Shown: in pieces, positions 32,601 through 41,653 of the stretch
Layout: each line of letters begins with the position of its first letter
Numbering within the stretch: position 1 is the stretch's first letter
Virus record (IMG/VR): IMGVR_UViG_3300020045_003211
Span: 1-44,326 of that record
Length of the DNA: 44,326 nucleotides
Direction: 5' to 3' (one strand)
Source of the DNA: a virus
Lineage: Duplodnaviria; Caudoviricetes
Program-made: the position numbers and the translations under genes
The notes under the pieces: model-generated
What the model was told of the DNA's origin: nothing
What the model saw: the letters and a program-made list of their open reading frames with translations, nothing else
The model's database searches: none

Positions 32601-34232
32601 AATAAGATATTGTATTTGCTGTGAATTTACTTTTACGCCAATAGGGAAAATTGCTGTATTCCCCATCACCATATTATCCATAGAAGTGAACTCCCTATTT
32701 TCATATATAGGGCTAATAAGCACATCAGGAAATTTATGGTGTCTAATTTTCTGTCCTGCTAATTCTCCCCATAATTCTATATTACAAGGATATTCTTCTA
32801 ATGATTCCCAATAAGCAAATTCTCCATATTGATAAGGGCCTTTATAACTTTCATCAGCAACATATTCAGAAGAGAATCCCTCTAAAGAAGCTGTATTGTA
32901 TATTTTCCAGTATTCTCTATAACCAACACCACCAGAAGTATAATCTGGTGTTCCTATAAAATCTAAAGAACTTTCCGGTACATCTGGTCTTGTTTTTTCA
33001 TTTACACTTTTAACTCTTCCGGGAATATGAAATCCATCAGTTTGTTTTCCATTCTTTAATAAGAATGTTATTTCAAATGGATATACTTCATCTCTTAAAT
33101 ACCCTCTAAGATTAGTTGCATTCAATTCATTAGAATAATCCTCTGTAGAAGGAATTCTCCATGTTTCCCACTGCAAATCAACTTTAGTAGCAATACTTTG
33201 ATAATTAACCCTGTCTATAGATGTTAAACCATCCCATATTAATACATCTTGTACATTAGTTAAATCTTGTGCAATGTCATAATAAGGATATTTCTCAAAT
33301 ACATCATTAATAGAAAGTCTAATATTATCTACAGTTTGTCCTGTATATGTAACTGTCTTTTGTTCACTATCAATAAAATATGTACCTGCTAGTTCTACAG
33401 ATGTGATACCATTAATAGTTTTAATAACAGCAAGGTTAAAATATTGAAATTGCCCTGTTACATCTAAATTATCAATACCTAAAACAATTGCTTTACCTAC
33501 AGGGGTATTAAAATTTACACTTACTGTATTCTCATCAAATATAGGTGTGGGGTTAGTTACAGAATAATAAGATGTATAAGCATTACCAGAAGCATCTGAA
33601 TATTGAATTGCAAACTGATAACCCCCACTTATAATATTTCCACTAGTTACAACTTCTCTAACTTCTAGAGAAGGGATTGAGAAATCGGATTGAATTTTTA
33701 ATTGATTACAATCTACATCATCTGTATATATAGGACTACATAGTGGGCTTCCACTTCTAAGAATTTTAGGAATATTATCAATATCTAAATACCTTCTTGG
33801 ATTTAATCCGTCTGTCCAATAAATTTCTGTTCCACAATTATTTATTTTATGGGTAATCTTATGGATTGGATATGTAGAGTTAAAGTTTAGGCAAGGAGCA
33901 TGTACTAATACTTTATATTGACAATCATTATTGTCCATATAGCCAATTTGACTATCTGTATTATCATGTGTAACAAGAAAGAATATGTGTTTATTTAACT
34001 CCTGTATAAAGTGCTTTCCAATTAGTAGATACGTTTCTGGAAATGTAAGACATAAAGTGTTACTCTCTTCATTTCCATAATAGATTCCATTGGCATCAAA
34101 GTTTTCTACATTAGCATTTAGTGCATATGTTAACTTGCCTTTGTCAATACTAGCTGAACTATGATCCATATCAAGCCCAACTACAGCACTATTATATTCT
34201 TGTTTTATATTGCCTTGTTCCTTCTCTGCCAT
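29634..34232 (-). CDS. Tail stabilization/muzzle protein (P22 gp10-like, crAss-type), 1532 aa, lacking the usual C-terminal segment
   Basis: YALNA...NEESN start, IYWTDGLNPRRY, RGYLRDEVYPF, IRHHKFPD, FGGDTFINRF, WTVSY...WISFHSYLPNFY; follows the tail tubular gene. Confidence 0.85.
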   Translation of the reverse strand: MAEKEQGNIKQEYNSAVVGLDMDHSSASIDKGKLTYALNANVENFDANGIYYGNEESNTLCLTFPETYLLIGKHFIQELNKHIFFLVTHDNTDSQIGYMDNNDCQYKVLVHAPCLNFNSTYPIHKITHKINNCGTEIYWTDGLNPRRYLDIDNIPKILRSGSPLCSPIYTDDVDCNQLKIQSDFSIPSLEVREVVTSGNIISGGYQFAIQYSDASGNAYTSYYSVTNPTPIFDENTVSVNFNTPVGKAIVLGIDNLDVTGQFQYFNLAVIKTINGITSVELAGTYFIDSEQKTVTYTGQTVDNIRLSINDVFEKYPYYDIAQDLTNVQDVLIWDGLTSIDRVNYQSIATKVDLQWETWRIPSTEDYSNELNATNLRGYLRDEVYPFEITFLLKNGKQTDGFHIPGRVKSVNEKTRPDVPESSLDFIGTPDYTSGGVGYREYWKIYNTASLEGFSSEYVADESYKGPYQYGEFAYWESLEEYPCNIELWGELAGQKIRHHKFPDVLISPIYENREFTSMDNMVMGNTAIFPIGVKVNSQQIQYLINTSSLTQEQKDDIVGYKIVRGDRGTNKSIVAKGILRNVGEYTKGDNEDKYFYPNYPYNDLGEDPFLNASNNAFEQLCDSYEITLTQLQQDPQGGADYAKVQYTDCNTNKSQVKKFYSLGNFEICSTTHPVILSPSAGTSGLANYEVWFVWITSVISGCTVGWEDPVEGYKEITLCSTLDVCSSSAEIHVVIGTGGPKKISTNGVTLNSTLRSTHYSTNDCSNIQSLTPIRDNNDGKIRQIFNSPETSFGQPFLGNILKLESVIYGGGKAHFTEVKNNAKYKLLTAEAQIKALQSAEAMSDDPFDATAMFTAYQAYLQIYLNGITKKNYAYSFNSIADYTYGAKVLNEGNKQRELDVARYLIPGVQSINGDKINNYQRETSVYLKSKDEILYPDELLTNNFKEDSRFTISEIGNCSVPSKEEDITVVSYYASLKNEVKSQWGQIYSYDTIDTGFQQTLGSPTSHTVFGGDTFINRFAFKTKVPFFIDNRVNSPDDSDIFYDEIGNIAYPKYWHSARSILQDYTVGGVGTLSNIISYKAHNFDCPNDSVIEEGYSSTTTTSTTAVPDSNPIGDQLTFYDGYFYLFAYGVPSFYCESSYNVNLRQAFNNKEGEFWPHVTTGIPDDWVQESFVPIAQDNTYYYNTSFSKQNKENTFTHLPFDWNKTCYTTYPFRAIYSDPQYSGADNNVNNWRVYKALSYFDFPQNYGKLTSLDGIQNKAILARFENKTLLYNNLLTMDTSNPQMAYLGNPKLFEGAPPIDFAETDLGFVGCQHKMLLKIPQGQITIDAKRGQIFLIQGTQITDLSGFGSGMNRFFTDHLAFEILRFFPDVINDNNFTGVGLHAVYDSKYDRIIITKLDYIPFEDKNVKYDNNTRTFYIEKTFNVNTCNLNGIAIETINPSDELPRTVINSAPVILKEQVELTDTTYFCNKSWTVSYNMNTKSWISFHSYLPNFYIAENNFFYSGLNDAFDGENPFELIGGTACTLDVEVIT

Positions 34233-34948
34233 TATAATTTCTTTTTTCTAGGTCTAATTTCAGTAGCCATAGCCCTTTCAATAGACCAATTTAAACCATT
34301 AACTCTTTTATTAATTACGTCATAAGAAAGATTATTTATCTCACAATATTCTACCATAGATATTTGTCCACCATTATAGGGAAAATATCTGGTACTTCTT
34401 CTATTTCTAGTTTGTATTTTTGCCGTAGCCCATCTACAATTAGAGGGTTCATAATTTCCATCATTATCTATTCTATCTATACTCAATTCTTTAGAGTATG
34501 TAGGATACATATCTTCTATAAAACTATTAATATCTTTCCATCTTTCACAAACACTAATTCCTCTTTCCCCATAATTTTTATAATCCTGTGACCCTTCTTT
34601 ATAGCATCTTTTAATCATTCTATCCCAAGTGTGGTATAAAGGGTGTTTACTTAATTTATGAGTTGTATTAGCCTCTAATACTCTTCTTTTATTATAACAA
34701 CCACATGAATTAGTGTGTTTCTTATGAACTGAACTTATTCTGGTAATAAATTCATTTCCACAAGGGCATTTAAATTTTCCTAATCTAAGAAACTCTCCCC
34801 CAACTTTTCCAATATCAAATCCTTCATGACTTATAAAAATACAATTATTTATTACATCTCCCGGTTTAACTAAAGAAGTAATAAATCTACTCTTCTTAAT
34901 TCCTTCTTCTACCACTCCCATATCTATTTGTTCTATTTGGTAACTCAT
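34232..34948 (-). CDS. Free-standing HNH homing endonuclease
   Basis: CPCGNEF...SCGC, HPLYHTWDRMIKRC...YGERGISVCERW, SIDRIDNDGNYEPSNCRWAT...QTRNRR. The start is uncertain (34948 or 34921); both overlap the upstream gene. Confidence 0.9.
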   Translation of the reverse strand: MSYQIEQIDMGVVEEGIKKSRFITSLVKPGDVINNCIFISHEGFDIGKVGGEFLRLGKFKCPCGNEFITRISSVHKKHTNSCGCYNKRRVLEANTTHKLSKHPLYHTWDRMIKRCYKEGSQDYKNYGERGISVCERWKDINSFIEDMYPTYSKELSIDRIDNDGNYEPSNCRWATAKIQTRNRRSTRYFPYNGGQISMVEYCEINNLSYDVINKRVNGLNWSIERAMATEIRPRKKKL

Positions 34949-35840
34949 ATTTACTGAAACTATTAAGTTGCTTCTTTATTGCCATTTGCTTTTGATAAAC
35001 TGTAGTTTTTTGGGTTTCTAATTTTGCCATTATGAAAGACTCATCTGCTTGTTGCTTATAATATATTAGTTTTTGCTGCAACTGATTGAAAGTTTCATCG
35101 GTTATTTGATTAGTTAAAGTTTCTATTACTTTAAACTTTAAAAAGTCTATAATGTACTGTTTAATTCGATAGTTGTCAGGCACAAGCTGATTTCCCTCTC
35201 CATCATAATCTGTTGAATAAAAAACCAAATATACTACACCTTCTCTAAAAGTTGTAACAAACTTATTATCTCTAATATCGAAACTATTATACCCAGAAGA
35301 ATGCGGACTTCCTACAATATTATATCCACTTCCATAATTTACATCACAAGATTTTCTAGCAGATATATTTCCCGGAGTTAGAAGAAACTCTCTTCTAAAA
35401 CTTCTGGGTTGCTCTCTATTTGTTTTATATACTGCTTGCTCAATAAGGGGCATATCAGGACATAAATCACTTGGGCAATTAATATCTGTACATTCTACTC
35501 CCCCAATAGTAAGAGGTTCAATTTGTATTGTTGTGGAAGAAGTTTGTGAGTAAAATGAATTAGCAGTTTGATAGGAATGTAAAGGCGTTTCTGTACACAT
35601 CCATGCTTCTCTTGCAGCATAAAAATTATCAGGAAGTCTTGCTTCAAAATCCTCTATATAGAGAATTTCTTCTGTTATATTATATGAGGATTTGCCAAGT
35701 TTCTCAAGGCACTTATTTAGTAGTGTAGGAAACATAAGGTCATCTATACTACCGGTATCATAGTACGTCTTAAAATCTTCCCTTACTTCACTATAGAGGA
35801 TTTCAGGACTAACAAAATTATAGTTGTAATAGTAAGACAT
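34896..35840 (-). CDS. Tail tubular/ring protein (P22 gp4-like, crAss-type)
   Basis: IEDFEARLPDNF, FVTTFREGVVYLVFYS...GNQLVPDN; lies between the IHF-like and muzzle genes. Start MSYYY at 35840. Confidence 0.75.
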   Translation of the reverse strand: MSYYYNYNFVSPEILYSEVREDFKTYYDTGSIDDLMFPTLLNKCLEKLGKSSYNITEEILYIEDFEARLPDNFYAAREAWMCTETPLHSYQTANSFYSQTSSTTIQIEPLTIGGVECTDINCPSDLCPDMPLIEQAVYKTNREQPRSFRREFLLTPGNISARKSCDVNYGSGYNIVGSPHSSGYNSFDIRDNKFVTTFREGVVYLVFYSTDYDGEGNQLVPDNYRIKQYIIDFLKFKVIETLTNQITDETFNQLQQKLIYYKQQADESFIMAKLETQKTTVYQKQMAIKKQLNSFSKYELPNRTNRYGSGRRRN

Positions 35841-35845
35841 GGTGC

Positions 35846-36322
35846 TTATTTCCCCCAATTTAAATAAATATGTTGATATTTTTCATCACTTTTGATATAA
35901 TGATTAATAAGTCTTGCTGTTAATCTATGGGCTTTGAAATACCATAAATTGTTATGCTTGAATATTGCTGTTCTTTTAAACCATCTCCACCTAAATCTGT
36001 ATCCTTCTGTAGAATGGTTAAAATTATATATTCTTTTTCCTTTTTCTTTAGTTTTTTTCCAATCTACAGGAAGATTAATATGTTCTCTTCCATTTTTAAT
36101 TATAATCTTCTTTGGTTTTTGTTTTGTAATTGAAAATTGTCCCCATCCACAAGGTAATTTTGCTTTCTCCCCTGTCTCTAAAATATACTCCCTATACATA
36201 TCTACATATCTATAGAGGACATTTTTCCATTCATCAAATGATAAGTCTACTTCAGAATGTTCTATGCAAAATCTTTTGTAGTTGTCTTTACTTGCTGTTC
36301 GATATTCAACAGTTCTCCTCAT
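35846..36322 (-). CDS. crAss-conserved IHF/HU-like protein, 158 aa
   Basis: Basic protein; GEKAKLPCGWGQFSITK, LPVDWKKTKEKGK.IYNFNHSTEGY.F.W.W pattern typical of the crAss IHF-like gene. Confidence 0.75.
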   Translation of the reverse strand: MRRTVEYRTASKDNYKRFCIEHSEVDLSFDEWKNVLYRYVDMYREYILETGEKAKLPCGWGQFSITKQKPKKIIIKNGREHINLPVDWKKTKEKGKRIYNFNHSTEGYRFRWRWFKRTAIFKHNNLWYFKAHRLTARLINHYIKSDEKYQHIYLNWGK

Positions 36323-37050
36323 TATTTAGCTTGTTCATTTACATTAGGAGCCTGATTATCCATGTTATTTTGTGTCAAATCTGTCTTGAGTCTAAAGTAT
36401 GTGTTCAATAATTTCTGAGAAGTAAGTTCTAATACTTGTTTTTCTAAATATCCCGGAAGATAGAATTCCCTATCTAGAGGATTTTTACACCATTCTTCAT
36501 CTGTTACTGGTGCATTTCCGCAATCACAATCAGAATATCTAAATGAACTAGGAATATCTTCTTCAAATAATGCAACAAGTCTAACCTTTGCTACCATTGG
36601 ATTTGTAACATATAAATAATCATTACTTATCCAGAAGTATTCTTCTTTCTTAATGAAAGGAAGTTTTAATAAATTAATATATCTATTAACAGAAATCTCT
36701 TTTAATTTCTTCCCCTTACCACCTAAAGCATTAATTGAATATACCCCCTGTATAACATACTGATAATTACCTTCTGAAATTCTTGGGATTTTTTCTGTAC
36801 TTCTTGCTATTGTACATTCATCTGTAAAATCACAACATTCACTAATACTGACTTCTTCCATAGAAAGGCAGGGAATAGTGGTAAAAATTGAATCTGTTGC
36901 CCACAATCTTCTGAGATTTGTTTCACGTTTCAGAAGCAATAAAGAATTAGCTCTTAGTTCACTGGCTATGGCTCTATCTGTTAATAAATTATCAGTTGAT
37001 AATAATTTATGAAAACTTCTACAATTGGAAACTAATTCACGTAATATCAT
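36322..37050 (-). CDS. Conserved crAss-like tail ring/head-tail protein, 242 aa
   Basis: IPCLSMEEV..SECC...C.IARS..KIP, YFWISNDYLY, VALFEED; sits in the tail module. Confidence 0.65.
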   Translation of the reverse strand: MILRELVSNCRSFHKLLSTDNLLTDRAIASELRANSLLLLKRETNLRRLWATDSIFTTIPCLSMEEVSISECCDFTDECTIARSTEKIPRISEGNYQYVIQGVYSINALGGKGKKLKEISVNRYINLLKLPFIKKEEYFWISNDYLYVTNPMVAKVRLVALFEEDIPSSFRYSDCDCGNAPVTDEEWCKNPLDREFYLPGYLEKQVLELTSQKLLNTYFRLKTDLTQNNMDNQAPNVNEQAK

Positions 37051-37070
37051 AATACACTAATTAATAAATG

Positions 37071-37101
37071 TAAAGATAAATTATCTTCTCCTCTTTTCAA
37101 A
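37071..37101 (-). promoter_or_regulatory. Bacteroidota-type (-33/-7) promoter
   Basis: Minus strand reads TTTG-N19-TATCTTTA, 20 nt upstream of the ATG at 37050. Confidence 0.7.
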
Positions 37102-37108
37102 ATCAAGT

Positions 37109-37146
37109 TAATTAAATAAGTTATTTTATTCTAATCAGAATAGTTA
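37109..37146. promoter_or_regulatory. Tandem operator-like sites (TAAY-N7-GTTA x2, 8-bp spacer)
   Basis: TAATTAAATAAGTTA (37109-37123) and TAATCAGAATAGTTA (37132-37146); same geometry as 22401-22438. Confidence 0.6.
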
Positions 37147-39045
37147 TACAGCATATTCTGTTCTTGATCCTATTTGTGAAATCTCATAATGACAATCTAC
37201 TCCTGTTAATTCAGCATCTCCAGCATATGTATCTGCTCCTGTAAATACACCACTTGTATTTGCGACATCTCTTAATACCCTAAATTGTAAAATATCACTT
37301 AAAGAATAGTTTACAGGAGCAGGTAAAGCTGCACCATAAGAAATCTGATCTAATGTACCAGAAACATATGTGAAAGCATTAGACGTACTGCATTTATAAT
37401 TAGTCCAAGCAGTTGCTTTAGCTTGCCCATTTCTTTGCCACCTATATTGTATAAGAAAATTAGGGGTTGCATTACTATTCTGAAACCAATGAATATGGGG
37501 AAAGATAGAACTACCTGCTTTCCAGCCGTGTTTCATTTGATAATTAACTAAAATATAATCAGAAAGATTGGCTGCAGTTGTAAAATCAATAGTACTTTCT
37601 GTAACATCAAGGGAAACTCCGGGGCCTATTGTAAATACCTGTGTAATATCTCCTAACATATCATCAAAAACAGTGGCATCCCCAACCATTCTCATACTAC
37701 CATCTGTCTCAAATTCTGTATAATTGGCTATACCACCTGCTCGTAAGTTATTAAATGTTTTTGTTCCTACAATTGTTTGAGCTTGATTATCTATGTGTCC
37801 CCATGTCACACCAGAGGCTGCTAAAGATTTATTTCCTGTATCATCATGATTGATAACACTTGAAAAGTTATAAGTACTTTGAGTCAAACTTTGGGTAACT
37901 CCACTTGCAATATTATATTGAATGATTGCTCTTCCAATAAGAATACAATGATGCTGTAATATTAAGGGTAAATCAGTTCTTGGTTGTTCAAGTGCAGCAT
38001 CTGTTGGAGAAGAGTATGTTCCTACAGATCCACATACATAAAATAATTGTTTATTATCTCCTACACTTCTATAGAACCATCTCACTGCATATTTATTATT
38101 ACTTATATCTAGTAAGTTTATGCCATCATCATATTTTAGATTATTGTATACTAAATTATCTATATATGTCCACGTTCCCCCAACATGATATGCAAAAGTC
38201 ATCTGATCTGTAAAAGAGTTAAAGGATGACACATCTTGATGTACTGCCCCTGTATAAATCATTCCTGCTGTAGTCACTATAGTTCTTGGGCTTGGACTAG
38301 TGGTTTCAGAAATAACAAGTCCCCCATCTGTAGAGAGTTTATACAGAGAGGTGTGGTACATAGCAGATTGAGCTTTATTAGCTAGTCCCAATCCTAAACT
38401 ATCAAAATTTAAAGAATGTATTACACTACCAAGCCTCCAAATAACAAATATTGGAAGTATATTACTATGGTTCATAGCTGTCCCTACTGTCTCTTTATAG
38501 AAAACAGGACTTCCAGCATTATACCTCACACTAACATATTCTTCTGCACCATTTGTAAATGTAAATGTTTCCTCAGCAACTGTATATGTTTTCATATCCC
38601 CTCCATAATCAGGTAGAGGGTATATATTAACATCTATCTCTGAAAATGTAGCTGTTCCATCTCCATTATCTACTATAGTAGGGGGTATGATTGCTCCTGT
38701 AGATAATCTTCTGTCTCCTGAATCAATGTAATCTTGTGAATAAACAATTTGTACAAAATTAACATCAGCAAATCCATCAACAAATCCATAAAAAATATTA
38801 TCAAAATTAGCCAATACACTACTAAATGATGCAAGAGGATAGGTTCCTAAAGAAACATACCCAGCTTTAGGTATTAATATAGATGATAAATCAGTATCTC
38901 TAATACCACTAAATACTCTTGTTAAATATTGTGGAATTGTTTCAATAATAATATTACTCCCATCTACATAATAATTACATCTTTTAGCATCAAAAGGTGT
39001 TGGAAGTAATGTAAGCCTTTGTGTTGATATAGTAGGAGTTGCCAT
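37144..39045 (-). CDS. Putative tail fibre/spike (receptor-binding) protein, 633 aa
   Basis: Beta-rich; fibre-type segment HDDTGNK...GHIDNQAQTIVGTKTF; C-terminal domain with QMKHGWKAGS.IFPHIHW. Confidence 0.6.
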   Translation of the reverse strand: MATPTISTQRLTLLPTPFDAKRCNYYVDGSNIIIETIPQYLTRVFSGIRDTDLSSILIPKAGYVSLGTYPLASFSSVLANFDNIFYGFVDGFADVNFVQIVYSQDYIDSGDRRLSTGAIIPPTIVDNGDGTATFSEIDVNIYPLPDYGGDMKTYTVAEETFTFTNGAEEYVSVRYNAGSPVFYKETVGTAMNHSNILPIFVIWRLGSVIHSLNFDSLGLGLANKAQSAMYHTSLYKLSTDGGLVISETTSPSPRTIVTTAGMIYTGAVHQDVSSFNSFTDQMTFAYHVGGTWTYIDNLVYNNLKYDDGINLLDISNNKYAVRWFYRSVGDNKQLFYVCGSVGTYSSPTDAALEQPRTDLPLILQHHCILIGRAIIQYNIASGVTQSLTQSTYNFSSVINHDDTGNKSLAASGVTWGHIDNQAQTIVGTKTFNNLRAGGIANYTEFETDGSMRMVGDATVFDDMLGDITQVFTIGPGVSLDVTESTIDFTTAANLSDYILVNYQMKHGWKAGSSIFPHIHWFQNSNATPNFLIQYRWQRNGQAKATAWTNYKCSTSNAFTYVSGTLDQISYGAALPAPVNYSLSDILQFRVLRDVANTSGVFTGADTYAGDAELTGVDCHYEISQIGSRTEYAV

Positions 39046-39046
39046 A

Positions 39047-40069
39047 TTAAATTAAAGTTATTGTATATTCAGTTGATAATGAAGTTGCAAATACACTACT
39101 AGATTTATAAATATAATTATTTACATACCCCGGCCTAATATCTACTCCTGCTACACCACTTGCTAAATCAATACTCATCATTGATCTTACATTTGTAGAA
39201 AGAGAATCAAGTAAGGTGAAATCTTTATCTATAGGAATAGATAAAAAGAAATAATTATATCCTGCTTTTATTGGTGTATTAATTACTGTTGGAGATAAAG
39301 AATAAGGTATATTAACTTCATTTGGAATATCATAAGTTGTAGAATTAACACACATTTCCATATGTCTTATTGGGGCTGCCGTTGTTGTTGTCGTTGTAAC
39401 ATCAATACAAGCTTGAACAGAAAGCACTTCTCCTGTTGCTGCTATTCTTATTGTGTAATCATATATATTTGTTGTGTCTACATCCCCTTCTGTAATTGCT
39501 CCCCACCATATCCCATCTGGAGAAACAAAGGGGATTGTACATGCTTCATCTATAAATAGAAAATCTCCTGCTGTTGGAATAGGGTTGCTAGAAAGAAAAT
39601 AAACTCCTTGTACACTATCTAAATCAACAACTATAGCATTATATAATTCCCCACAAAGCTCTATTGCATTTACATTTAAATCCCCTGAAAGTGCTCTTGC
39701 CACTAATAGAATTTGCAATGGTACAGGTACAGAGGTAGTTGATGTGGTTGTTGTGCTAGTAGAACTAGTTGTAGTAGATGTTGTGCTAGATGTTGTAGAA
39801 GTAGTAGTTGAGGTTGTACTACTACTAGTAGTGGTGGTAGTAATTGCTTTTGGTTCTACATTTATATCTACATATTGTACACAGTCTCCTGTAGATTGTA
39901 TTCTTACAATTGTAGTAGATGTGGGGACTAATGTAGACATGAAGCCTAATAACAGTTGATTTCTGCTAATATTAGTTTGAAATGGAACTGTGTATCCATC
40001 TACATCAGAATATAGGCTAAAAGGGCCTGTATTAGTCCCTGCTGAAGTTAATTGTAAGAATACATTCAT
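39047..40069 (-). CDS. Thr/Ser-rich virion surface protein, 340 aa
   Basis: N-terminal LTSAG..TGPF...STGDC domain, a Thr/Ser tract of about 37 aa, and a second poly-Thr linker. Confidence 0.7.
   Translation of the reverse strand: MNVFLQLTSAGTNTGPFSLYSDVDGYTVPFQTNISRNQLLLGFMSTLVPTSTTIVRIQSTGDCVQYVDINVEPKAITTTTTSSSTTSTTTSTTSSTTSTTTSSTSTTTTSTTSVPVPLQILLVARALSGDLNVNAIELCGELYNAIVVDLDSVQGVYFLSSNPIPTAGDFLFIDEACTIPFVSPDGIWWGAITEGDVDTTNIYDYTIRIAATGEVLSVQACIDVTTTTTTAAPIRHMEMCVNSTTYDIPNEVNIPYSLSPTVINTPIKAGYNYFFLSIPIDKDFTLLDSLSTNVRSMMSIDLASGVAGVDIRPGYVNNYIYKSSSVFATSLSTEYTITLI
39733..39842 (-). repeat. Thr/Ser low-complexity coding tract
   Basis: TTTTTSSSTTSTTTSTTSSTTSTTTSSTSTTTTSTTS in the 340-aa protein. 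Confidence 0.85.
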
Positions 40070-41181
40070 TAAGCCGGAATATATATAATAAAATGAGTTG
40101 CCAATACAGGTTGAATATTATTATGGGATTCACTACTTCCAATAGCTCCGTTTGTCATCACTACATTAATATTGGGGGTTGCTTCACTTGTAAGTCCTAT
40201 ATCTGCTGTGTCTCCTGTTCCCCTTAATGTATAGTCTGCAGCAAATGTACTTTCTACTTTTAAATAATTAATATTAGAAAGTTCTACATCATTAAGCCCA
40301 TCTTTCACAATAAAATGTGAATGTGCTGTTTGTGTAGCTACTGCTGTATTTGTATGTGTATGTGTTGGTAATTCTGCTGCTGAGAGAGTGACATTATTCA
40401 CCCCACTGACATCATATAATTCATATGTAGGGTTTCCTGAAATTGCAGGATCTACAACTGGATCAAATGCTCCACCACCCATACCTGTAGTTGTACCTAC
40501 AGCAACTCTACCTCTTTTATCTGGTGTACCATTATTACCATTGCATAAATATACTTTATCCCAATCTCCTGTTCCTGCCCCTGTTAAATCAAAATATGTA
40601 AGAGGCCCATAATATTCCATTGCTGTATAAGGAACCATTTTATCTTTCATTGCTGTTCCTGCAGAAATACTATCTAAATAACTCTGTATAAGAGCATTGA
40701 GGTCAGTTATCTGTACATAATTTGCAACTAAATCTGCTGTTAGGGCTGTAACATCCCCAATCACTGTACACAATGCTGTAATGATTGCTTGCACAACTAA
40801 ATGTGTGTCTGAACTATCAATTACACCCACTAAACAATCTATATCATAATCTCCATTAAGAGTAGTGACATCAGCAACTACATCATCTACCTGTCCTTGT
40901 AAATCACAAACAGATTTAATAATAGCTACAGTAATATCTACTAAAGATGTTCCTGCACCTAAATACTCATCTACTAATGTACATACATCAGCAGGAGTTA
41001 ATGTAATAGTTATTCCTGTACCATCTAATGCAGATAGTAAAAAAGTAGTGAGTTTTTGTTCTACAGAGTAGAGTGTATCACCATTACTAATTTCAAGAGC
41101 AGCAATATCTACTCCTGTATATTTTACACATTTGTCAGAAGTTATCTCTGAGCAACCGTTGAAGCAATTTGTACAAGACAT
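40069..41181 (-). CDS. Tail fibre protein with phage tail-collar domain
   Basis: WDKVYLCNGNNGTPDKRGRVAVG, NVTLSAAELPTHTH, SHNNIQPVLATHFIIY. Start MSCTNC at 41181; the track extension to 41247 overlaps the upstream gene. Confidence 0.8.
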   Translation of the reverse strand: MSCTNCFNGCSEITSDKCVKYTGVDIAALEISNGDTLYSVEQKLTTFLLSALDGTGITITLTPADVCTLVDEYLGAGTSLVDITVAIIKSVCDLQGQVDDVVADVTTLNGDYDIDCLVGVIDSSDTHLVVQAIITALCTVIGDVTALTADLVANYVQITDLNALIQSYLDSISAGTAMKDKMVPYTAMEYYGPLTYFDLTGAGTGDWDKVYLCNGNNGTPDKRGRVAVGTTTGMGGGAFDPVVDPAISGNPTYELYDVSGVNNVTLSAAELPTHTHTNTAVATQTAHSHFIVKDGLNDVELSNINYLKVESTFAADYTLRGTGDTADIGLTSEATPNINVVMTNGAIGSSESHNNIQPVLATHFIIYIPA

Positions 41182-41192
41182 ATAAAATATTT

Positions 41193-41522
41193 TTAAATTG
41201 TTGTTGTTGTGGTGGTAGTGGATGGTGTAGATATAGTTTGTTGACACTTACTTTTACAGTTTCCTGTCATAACTATTACCCTAGATGCTATCATTTCAAT
41301 TGTATAATCTGGAGCATAGTCTAAATTGTAAGACTTATAAGTTAATATTCTTTTATAATTCAATAAGTCTAATATTGCAGAATAATTAATCTTATAGCCA
41401 AGCATTAATGTTATATTATTATATAACATTTTAGCCATCTCTGCCATTTTACAATCTATCTTAGCTAGTAAGTTAGTTATTGTTGTACACTCTGCACAAG
41501 TTGTTAGTCTAGGATCTATCAT
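41193..41522 (-). CDS. Small structural protein, 109 aa, Cys-containing with poly-Thr C-terminus
   Basis: Fills the gap in the operon; ATGA overlap with the upstream 33-aa ORF; ends STPSTTTTTTTI. Confidence 0.75.
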   Translation of the reverse strand: MIDPRLTTCAECTTITNLLAKIDCKMAEMAKMLYNNITLMLGYKINYSAILDLLNYKRILTYKSYNLDYAPDYTIEMIASRVIVMTGNCKSKCQQTISTPSTTTTTTTI

Positions 41523-41620
41523 TTTGGTTTATTTTCTGCTGCATAACATGTTGGGCAAAGTCCTTTCTTTAAAGAACAGGAACAAGAAACTTTAGCTCCG
41601 CATTTACTACATTGGGCCAT
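41519..41620 (-). CDS. 33-aa Cys-rich microprotein (putative metal-binding)
   Basis: MAQCSKCGAKVSCSCSLKKGLCPTCYAAENKPK; AT-rich leader; its TGA overlaps the next ATG. Below the ORF-track length cutoff. Confidence 0.75.
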   Translation of the reverse strand: MAQCSKCGAKVSCSCSLKKGLCPTCYAAENKPK

Positions 41621-41653
41621 GACAATTGTTTTTTAAATTATGCTCCTAATATA

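Noticed and set aside
34235-34911. Possible target-site duplication around the HNH (TAGAAGAAGGAATTAA versus TAGAAAAAAGAAATTA)
   Set aside because: Short, A-rich and imperfect; plausible by chance.
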